Shown here: piece after piece, positions 32,296 through 40,802 of the stretch
Layout: every line of letters starts with the position of its first letter
How positions within the stretch are numbered: position 1 is the stretch's first letter
NCBI GenBank assembly: GCA_001600695.1
Contig: BCKQ01000002.1
Coordinates: forward strand, 2,165,857-2,229,856
Length of the DNA stretch: 64,000 bases
Source: Ascoidea asiatica JCM 7603
Taxonomy: Eukaryota; Fungi; Ascomycota
Reading direction: 5' to 3'
Position numbers and translations under genes: made by a program
Notes under the pieces: generated by a model
Seen by the model: the letters and a program-made list of their open reading frames with translations, nothing else
What the model was told of the DNA's origin: nothing
Database searches by the model: none

Positions 32296-32849
32296 ATTCC
32301 AGAGCAACTCGTCAAACTAATCCTCAATATATTCATGATGACTCAAAGTGTCTTCAGAAATACTTATTATTATCCCAATTTTCTTCAATCTCCATCTCAA
32401 ATTGTGCTTTAGTGAATCTTTTCAAAACAATCATTTTTTTCAATGAAAAATTGTATCCCCTTTCAAGTCAAATTTGTGAAGAATCAACTAGTTCCCAAAG
32501 AAGAATATGTTTAAGAAACAATTTTTAATAAAAAAATATTTAAGGAATAGAATAATCTTTTAGTTGAGAGTGGAATTAGCCATTAATCACAGTCTTAACA
32601 ATATAAAGAACTTTTAGATGATTATTAGGGCCTTGTTTTACAATTCCAAAATGTGCAAAAAATGAAAAGGCTTCTATTAAAAGCTGCCATATTTGCTGTT
32701 TTTGCTTTTAAATTGATTTGGGAAATATTCAAAATCTTATTGAATGTATTATAGGTGATTTAAATAACAATGTTATTAAAAATAATCCATACATTGAGAA
32801 GATGTTATATGATAAAGAAGAAAAGGTATTATTTTCATGTAGAATTTGA
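32272..32849 (+). pseudogene. Degenerate F-box-like N-terminal gene remnant
   Basis: With one frameshift reads GFVDIMNFIPEQLVKLIL/YIHDDSKCLQKYLLL...LVNLFKTIIF (F-box-like LPxExxxxILxY pattern), followed by coding-like fragments broken by stops. Confidence 0.4.
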
Positions 32850-33161
32850 CTATCAGACAACCATGATTATATGATTATATAATTCCATGTTTTAATCATT
32901 AATATCAATTGATACTTTTAATAAATTATGAGAATTTCAAATTTCTAATCCATATTGTATAAATTGAAAAAGCCCTAAAAGTAATCAGACAGTATGATCC
33001 GTGATCCTAAATTCAAGCACTCCTTGGCAATTGAAGTAAGGGTCCTGCATATGATCATAGCTGCCACTACGACGCATACATTTGAAGCTAAAAATAATGA
33101 AGCTCATATTTATCTATGGATTAAATTATATGATTTTTGCTTAACTATTTTCTTTTTTCAG

Positions 33162-36100
33162 TTATAGTCTTGGATGCTTAATCAATTTTTCAAGATTATT
33201 TTTACCCCCTTGAAAGATTTGAATAAAGCTGGCTAATGATTTCTCTCCAATTATATATTTGAAAAATAAATTTTTAAAGTCAAAAATTTCTTTACTTGAA
33301 AAATAATCCATGATTTCATCACAATTGGTTTTATAAGAATTTAACAAAAAAATAATTTGTTCAACATTTTCTAGCTTTGTTTTCAAATCTTCATGAAAAG
33401 ATGTGTTAAAATCATAAACAACAAAAAAAGGAGTTGTGATATCTTTAACTACATCTTCACTGCTGGAAATAATATGACTAACTTCATCACCTAAAAAATT
33501 ATTCAAATAATCTTTACATATATCCAATAAATCACTATCATCCAAATTTTTACCTTTTGAAACGAACAATCCAATAAATCTACTGAAAATCAAATTATCA
33601 AAATTGAATGAATTATAATATAATCTAATAAGTCTTTGTCTAAGCTGAATTAACTTATAAGTTTTATTTAAACTATAAGAATCCACAGATGCTAAACTAA
33701 TGGAGTTAGTAATATGATTTTCTTCAAAATTTGAATGATATATGGAATTTACTTTTTGAATTAGTTTAAACCTTTCAATATTTTTTATATTTTTGAATTT
33801 TGTTTCAATCCCAAAATATTGATAATAATCTTTTCCAAATTTCTCACTTTCTTTCAAATAATTTGAGATACTCTTATAGAGGCAAATACTACTGGTCATA
33901 AATAATCGATATATATATCGTCCCAAATCCACTCTATCCTTTATTTCCGACAAAAAACTGTGGTTAAAATTGGTTACTTTAGTAAATGGGTGATCTAAAT
34001 TGGTATCAAGATCTATCAATAGTGGTATAGGTTTGGATCCATTACGGCTGAAAACAGCTTTATGATTTTCTGAAAAAAATAAACAAGTATACCAAAAAAA
34101 TTCTTCTTTCAACCCACCCGTAACACTAAAGTAATAATAATAACATTTATTTACCCTAAATACTCCTGTTGCAAGAGACAAAGTATCTGAGCATAGATTG
34201 TCACTATTTTTGAAACAAAAATCGCCATTTTCATGTAGTAATACGCTTTCAATCTTTGTAAGGTCTCTGGTCATTCTTAATTCACTATTATTTTCTTCTG
34301 AAATAATAATTGTTTTTCCAAATAGTAGTACAAAGATATTTTTGTTATTCGCATCCTTTGAGGGAAAAAAAAAATAATTATAGTACTTTGATCTTTCTAA
34401 TTTATCAATTTCATAAATATCATTATCAATTAAACTAATGATGGCAGTAGTAATTTCACCTTTTCCAGTTTTAATAAGTTCTTTCAATTCTTCAGTTAAT
34501 TTTGTCACTGAATAAGAATTTTTCATATATTCCTTCGTCAATTTAGTTGACTCTATTAGTTCTTTCTTCTCGAATTTCATTGAATCCAAATGCAAATCTG
34601 GAAAATTAAAGGATGTTGTCTTATTTGCGATTCGTTTGGAAGAACTTAGCCTTATTTTTAGGCGAGTCAATGATTTACTTGCTTTATTAATATCCAATTT
34701 CGAAGCATTTTTATATAATCTTAGTATTAATCTTATGAAGCAATCTTTCTGAATTTCAAAAGATTTAGAATCTTGAAAAAGATTAGCAGTTTTGGTTTGA
34801 ATTATTGGAAAAAAATTATTTTTAAAAGATAGTTTTTTAAAACTACCCTTTTTGAATTCAGCTGTTAAATCATCAGCAATTGTGACTATTGCTTTTAAAA
34901 TATCAAGATCCGAGTTAAATTCATGAACATTATCTAGATTGAATAGTAATGATGAGTTTATATTAAGGGTATTCTTAAACCTGTTTATATTGACACCCTT
35001 TGCAAGTAAATGATTTTTTAACTTAGCTTGATATTCAGAAGTCTCCATATCAATTATTATGTTATCAAAAGCCTTTAACGTAACGGAAACAGTTTCTTCA
35101 GTTATTCGATCTTCTAAAACAACATTTAAAGTTTTAAACAAAATTGGACTGTCCACAATATCAATGGTTTGAAAATTTTCATCCCATTTAGTTTTCATTA
35201 TAAAATGATTGAAGATTAATAAATGTTGACGTTTGAAACAATTTGTTATTGTATTGATTATTGTAAAACATTCAGGAAATATTTCAGAGTTGATTAATGA
35301 TTGAATAAAAGGATGTTGATCAAAATTTGATATTACTGTACTTAAAAAATCTTTTTCAATTGGTATAGGTTGAAAGCGTTTATTATGAAAATCATCAGAG
35401 TTCAAACGATCAATTTCTTGATAAAAATCATCTGCTTTGTGATTTAAAAATTTTTTTAAAAAAGAAGCAATTTCAGAAATATCTGTATAAGGGTATTCAT
35501 CATTATAGGTTGTTAAGTGATATATACCACTAATAAATATTCTTTCAACGGAAACTAAAATTTTATGAGATTTTATTTCTTCATAAATTTTATTGAAGAA
35601 TGATTCGCATTTCAAAAGATTGTTATCGATGTCTCTGCTGAAAAATTGTTTAGGTGTTTTACCATTTAAAAATTTAACAAACAATCCTTCTAAGGTTTTA
35701 GTTGTTGCCTTAGTATCTTTATTATAAAAGAAGTTTTTAAGGCCATTTGCACAAGAGTCGAGAACACCATATAAATCTTCAAATTGTTCACCATATTTTA
35801 ACTTCCTATGAAGTTGATCATCTTTGATTTTTACACTAGTACCGGTATCAGTACAATTATCAAAATCATTGAATTGCAAAGTGAAGTCCATCATATCATC
35901 AACAAAATTTAAGATAACAGACAAAAAATAATAGCAACGATAATGAAATTTTGCAATCATCAGGCTATCTAAATACAGCACCCCAGAGTATATATGAATA
36001 TTAGATAAACAACTTGATAAAGGGAAGCCTGATATTGAGGTAAATCCATAAGTCTCAGAGAAGGAATATTTTTTTCCATTTTCATCAATAAAAAAATGAT

Positions 36101-36308
36101 GTGGAATTTCTACAGGGAGTTTATTATTATTGATACCAAATTTCAAATATTGTTTTGCATCAATCTGAATTGTTGGAAAACATTTTCGATCCTCTTCTGT
36201 GGAAATTCTGCTAGGATCATCTTCATCACCATGAGGAAATTCAATTTGTTCAACAAAATTGTCTGAGTCATCATCACCAAGGGAGGAGTCCGAATTCAAT
36301 ATGTTCAT
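33162..36308 (-). CDS. Large orphan protein (1048 aa from first ATG), unknown function
   Basis: Uninterrupted 3.1-kb ORF with complex sequence and no poly-Asn tracts; first ATG at 36308; no motif recognised. Confidence 0.8.
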   Translation of the reverse strand: MNILNSDSSLGDDDSDNFVEQIEFPHGDEDDPSRISTEEDRKCFPTIQIDAKQYLKFGINNNKLPVEIPHHFFIDENGKKYSFSETYGFTSISGFPLSSCLSNIHIYSGVLYLDSLMIAKFHYRCYYFLSVILNFVDDMMDFTLQFNDFDNCTDTGTSVKIKDDQLHRKLKYGEQFEDLYGVLDSCANGLKNFFYNKDTKATTKTLEGLFVKFLNGKTPKQFFSRDIDNNLLKCESFFNKIYEEIKSHKILVSVERIFISGIYHLTTYNDEYPYTDISEIASFLKKFLNHKADDFYQEIDRLNSDDFHNKRFQPIPIEKDFLSTVISNFDQHPFIQSLINSEIFPECFTIINTITNCFKRQHLLIFNHFIMKTKWDENFQTIDIVDSPILFKTLNVVLEDRITEETVSVTLKAFDNIIIDMETSEYQAKLKNHLLAKGVNINRFKNTLNINSSLLFNLDNVHEFNSDLDILKAIVTIADDLTAEFKKGSFKKLSFKNNFFPIIQTKTANLFQDSKSFEIQKDCFIRLILRLYKNASKLDINKASKSLTRLKIRLSSSKRIANKTTSFNFPDLHLDSMKFEKKELIESTKLTKEYMKNSYSVTKLTEELKELIKTGKGEITTAIISLIDNDIYEIDKLERSKYYNYFFFPSKDANNKNIFVLLFGKTIIISEENNSELRMTRDLTKIESVLLHENGDFCFKNSDNLCSDTLSLATGVFRVNKCYYYYFSVTGGLKEEFFWYTCLFFSENHKAVFSRNGSKPIPLLIDLDTNLDHPFTKVTNFNHSFLSEIKDRVDLGRYIYRLFMTSSICLYKSISNYLKESEKFGKDYYQYFGIETKFKNIKNIERFKLIQKVNSIYHSNFEENHITNSISLASVDSYSLNKTYKLIQLRQRLIRLYYNSFNFDNLIFSRFIGLFVSKGKNLDDSDLLDICKDYLNNFLGDEVSHIISSSEDVVKDITTPFFVVYDFNTSFHEDLKTKLENVEQIIFLLNSYKTNCDEIMDYFSSKEIFDFKNLFFKYIIGEKSLASFIQIFQGGKNNLEKLIKHPRL

Positions 36309-36779
36309 TGCAAATCTGAATATTAAGAATAATTTTTTTTTTTTCGTTTTATAAAAAAAGAGTAATTTGAAATTTATTTTAAAAATATACAAAAAAACAA
36401 AAGGGGCACCTGGAGGATGAAATTGGGATTATATCAATGATAATATCCCTCAAGTTCCACTTAACAGGACATTGTTAACAAGTAGTTAGAATACAATACT
36501 ATGATACCATAGTGTAGTCTTTCTTAGACATCTTAGATACTAGACTCCAAAACAATTGCATATTTAAATCAATCCCATAACTAAAATAGTTGAATTGAAT
36601 ACACCTATTTCCTCATATCTATAATTATCATTTCACCGGTAAACGATAAACAATAAGCAGTATATGAACCGTTACCCGTCCTCAGTTTTACTACTGATCA
36701 AAAATTGAAGCTTAAACGTTAACTATTTACCGGTGACTAGAGTCAAGTGGTATCAATTCTGTATTTCAAGACTGTATGT

Positions 36780-37228
36780 AGTAATACACTTTGAAGTTTA
36801 GCATAGTTTATTTACTTTCATTTCGAAAGAAGATTATCTTAAAACTTCACTAAAAGGTCGAGACTCAGTTAAATTAAAATTATCCACATGGGTAAGATTT
36901 ACTATATTTAAAAATTCAACAAAGCATATCAGTTTTCTAAAATGGTTTTAAGTAAAATTTAAATTTTCTTGCTATCTTTAAATAATTTTATCTTTTTGAA
37001 CAATATTCACTTCTGAGTTTCCTAGGAAAAACTTTTACCTGTTCATAAATTAGCATCATCACCTTCAACATATGTACTATTACCTTCTGTAATTTCAAGA
37101 ATTGCAAAAGGATTTGCTTCAACATCTTTTTTAGGGTCTTCGTTATCATCTTCGTTATTATCAGGTTCTAGACAATCCACTGGAAAATAGCGAGTAGGCC
37201 TTTGTATAAAATTTTTATCATGTTTCAA
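36780..37228 (-). pseudogene. Possible decayed coding remnant upstream of the orphan ORF
   Basis: ~60 open codons with protein-like composition (RYFPVDCLEPDNNEDD...ANPFAILEITEG) but no ATG, then frameshifted/stopped coding-like fragments. Confidence 0.3.
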
Positions 37229-37440
37229 ATTTTGTTGCTGTAATTAATAAATGCCCTTAATTTCTGTTGAACTTGGATTAAATCGCTGAAAAACAATTTA
37301 CAATTGTTAACTTTTGTATCTGGATTTCAAACTAATTAGTGGTCTTCCTGCCAATAATATTAGGAAAACTAGAAAAACAAGGATTTTTAAACCTGAAAGT
37401 GCAGGCCCAAGTTTATAAGTAATCAAAAAGTTTCCTGATT

Positions 37441-37813
37441 AGTGGGCCCTCTATAGGGTTTGCCTAAAGATCAGAGACATCTTTTTTCACGGTTCATACA
37501 CTCGGTGAAACCACTCAAAAGGTGTTTTTTTCGGCCACCCAAAACCACTAAAATATGATCCTAAGAAGTCCACAAAACCACTGGTTTATAGTCCTAAAGA
37601 CACTGAAATTACAAAATTACTGTGAAGTAAAAATTGAAAAATCTATATTAGAAGTGATGTTCGCTTTTAAAAATTTCCTATCCCATACTAATTTGTCAAC
37701 AAGTTAAAAAAACAAACCACTGCTGATTTGCCACGGAGGTTTTAGTCTGTTATCCACAAAAATTGGCATCCACTGTGTTTCAGGGTCTGTGGCCGTTCAG
37801 TATACAACCACTC
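37441..37813. mobile_element. ~373-bp insertion with 8-bp flanking direct repeat (MITE-like candidate)
   Basis: TCCTGATT at 37433-37440 and 37814-37821; removing the insert restores collinearity with copy 1 (~31000-31060); ends AGTGG...CCACT(C); five AACCACT motifs inside. Confidence 0.55.
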
Positions 37814-38547
37814 TCCTGATTGGGAATTGAATTCTACTTCTAGAACCATGAATCTCATAAACCTCTTTTTCATCGAAGTTTACGAGAATAAAAGGCTGCC
37901 ACTATCGCCAGTTAATTGAATAACAACTACTTTTTTGAATCTGGAAATGGTCATTGAAAACAGATTAAAAAAGAAATGGAAAATTTAATGAAGAGGCAAG
38001 TATGAAAAGGCTTATTATTAATTAACATTCTGATTTTTAGAACTGGGACTATAATTGGAAGAGGTACTAAGAAATTTTAAAAGTTATCTTCTGAATTTTT
38101 ATACTAAATTGTATTTCATATCTATAATAAAAACTGAAGTTTTGATTATTTCCCTTTTTGATACACTGGAATGAAATTTGATAAAAGTGAAGTGATTTTT
38201 TTACGTTTAGCCTTTGTGTAAATTCATGTTATCACAATTCTAGACTTCCAGAAATACAATAGCAGTAGCATTAATATTTATTGATTATTTTTCATAAAAT
38301 TGCCATACAAAATATTTTTTTGCTTTTCAAAATTTTAGTTTTTGTATAAAAGAGCTGTCAATTCTTTTATGAAAAAAGAATATTTAAATCTTTTATTTTG
38401 CTTTTTTACTTTCTCAAAAATTTTGAATTTAGGTGGGCAAGTTTTCTTATTGTTTGAAAAGACCAAATAAATAAATATTAGATAATAATATTAATAATAA
38501 TATTAATAATAATATCAATAATAACATTAATAATAATATTAGTAATA

Positions 38548-38727
38548 TTGGAAACTCCAGTTGCTAAAACTATTAAAACTGTTGCAAAAAAAAGGTTTTA
38601 AGATATGATTAAGTAATATACCACAAAAGAAAATATGGAAAAAGCCAAGAACTATTTCAAAGCATTCAAGACATTTATAAAAACAATTACTGAAGGCGAT
38701 GGTGAAGATGAAGGTGATGATGAGTGA
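38548..38727 (+). pseudogene. Pseudogene copy C of the small cationic repeat protein
   Basis: (TTG)ETPVAKTIKTVAKKRF*DMIK*YTTKENMEKAKNYFKAFKTFIKTITEGDGEDEGDDE*: start lost, two in-frame TAA, one 12-aa unit fewer than copy B. Confidence 0.85.
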
Positions 38728-39360
38728 TTAGCCTTTCAGCAAATAATAATGCACTAAAACTCTAATAAATGGCCCATGAATATTCCAATCGTTGCTTTTT
38801 TAGTTTCATAGTTCTATAATAATATTTAATATAAAAAAAAAAAATTTTTTTTTGTTTTTTGAAATTCTATTCATTAAACATGTTGTAAAAATATGAAAAT
38901 AAGATATTTAGTGGATTTTTCTACTTTTTGAATTTTATTTCAAAAAATAACACCTTCGTCAAATACTTTATTTTAAATATTAATAATTAATTTTTTGTAA
39001 TTGTAAGTATATTTGCCATTGAGAAAAGAAGATTTAAATGAAACGTAAATTTATTTTGAAAGCTAAATATTCGAAAAATTTTTGCAACAAAGATTTCGGT
39101 CCATATTACTTATAAATTTAGCTTTTCACATATTCCATTCAACCCTTATAAAAGTAAAAAATATCGACTGCCTACTTTATAAAATATAAATACTGCATGC
39201 ATTATTGGTATAGTCAATGAACCCTTTCATTATCTCAAGTAAATTATATTTCTTAATTCTTTATGATTATTGTTTTAATTTTCATTGCTTTTATACCAAA
39301 AAAAGATATAATGGGCATCATATAGATATCTTATTTCTGATCATACTGCCATTAAGTGAC

Positions 39361-39984
39361 ATGAATGGCCTTGAAACTCAAATAAAACCGTTGAAAATAG
39401 AAGATTTTGAGATAAAAGAATGTAATGTATTTTCATCTTTTGTTAATTTAAAGAAAATTTCACTAATAATGTACAAAATTGAAAAAATTGAGGAGTTGGA
39501 TAAATTAAAAGCTTTGAAAGAAATAAATTTAAATGGATTAAGAAATTTAGAAAAATTATCTTTACAAAATAAAAATCTATCAAAAATTGAAAACTTAGAA
39601 GGATTACTGAATTTACAAAAATTAAGCTTAAGTCGTAATAGATCATTTATAGATATTGAGATTTCAAAGTATTTGAAAACTTAAGTGAGTTACGAAATTT
39701 AGATTATAACTCATGTCAAATCACCAAAATTATAGGCTCAATTGAAGTAAAAATAAAAGATGTAAAATGACGAGTACCTTTTGCTGATTAAGGTGATATA
39801 ATTAGAGAAATTGATCTTTCAGCAAATTTTTTAGAAGAGATTGACTTGAATAACTAAAATGAAATAGCAATAGCAAATTTAGCTTATTTTTTCAACTGGT
39901 AATAATAAGTTGGAAAAAGAACGAATAACTATCGAAGGACTTAGAGATTTAGATATCGTTTTTTTTGATAGAAACAATATATGA
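39361..39984 (+). pseudogene. Leucine-rich-repeat (Sds22/internalin-type) gene remnant
   Basis: NLEKLSLQNKNLSKIENLEGLLNLQKLSLSRN, then after a frameshift FENLSELRNLDYNSCQITKI and IREIDLSANFLEEI with stops. Confidence 0.75.
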
Positions 39985-40171
39985 AATATATTCTATAGGT
40001 TTGTTTGTTATATTTTTAGTAGCATCTTTTTTGGTTTTTTTTTAATAAATATTTTATTTGGTGAACTGTTATAAAAAGAGTAAAAATTATAAATACAAAC
40101 TCAGGTAACAAAAAAATAATTCCATAATATTATATAGGCTTAAAATAGAAGAGAATTAAAAAAAATAGAAA

Positions 40172-40265
40172 CTCCTCATTAGGGGCTCGAACCCTAGACA
40201 TTTCGGTTGCTCGAAATTAACGAATCCCTAAAAGCCGAACGCTCTACCAACTGAGCTAATGGGGA
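40172..40265 (-). tRNA. tRNA-Lys(UUU) with 21-nt intron (40208-40228)
   Basis: Minus strand TCCCCATTAGCTCAGTTGGTAGAGCGTTCGGCTTTTA-[intron]-ACCGAAATGTCTAGGGTTCGAGCCCCTAATGAGGAG; A and B boxes; oligo-T terminator downstream. Confidence 0.97.
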
Positions 40266-40802
40266 TGAGTTCCTATATTTTTGGTTGTTTTTGAGTTGGC
40301 CATATGAGCCATGGCAAACTAATTCTTCAAATATTTGCTTTAATATTACCTGAAATTTAAAAAAATATATATTAAACTATTGAGAAACTCATTAATATGT
40401 TTTCTTGTAAGTTTGAAAATGTTTGAATAACTTTTTTTTTACTAAATGGTGTCAAAATACAAAATATCCAATCTTCTCAGGTGCAATGATTTCCCTTTGA
40501 AAACGAACTTTTGTTTTAGTATTTTCATTTGAATTCCGGTAGTTAAGCTCAATTACAGTAAAATAATATCCATAACAGGAAATAAAGTTCGGATTTTACC
40601 TAAACTTTAAATTTCAAGTTATTTTCTGGTTAAACCTAATTCAATTCGTGAAATGCCCCCACTGAGAATCTCGGAAACTCAGAAACTGGGAAGCTGGGAT
40701 TCTTCTATTGATATTTATTAGAAGTTCTTTTTCAAATCATATAGCTTTTATTAAAATATAAAAAAATTCGTAAAGTCATTGTTTCGTTCATTGTGGGCGT
40801 TT

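Larger units (their letters stand above)
37260..39325 (+). repeat. Diverged direct duplication, copy 2 (contains ~370-bp insertion and pseudogene C); boundaries approximate
   Basis: Same anchors as copy 1 in the same order and orientation. Confidence 0.85.

Noticed and set aside
30860-39325. LTR retrotransposon interpretation of the direct repeats
   Set aside because: Repeats are >1.4 kb, diverged, contain a gene, lack evident TG...CA ends, and the internal ORF shows no gag/pol motifs.
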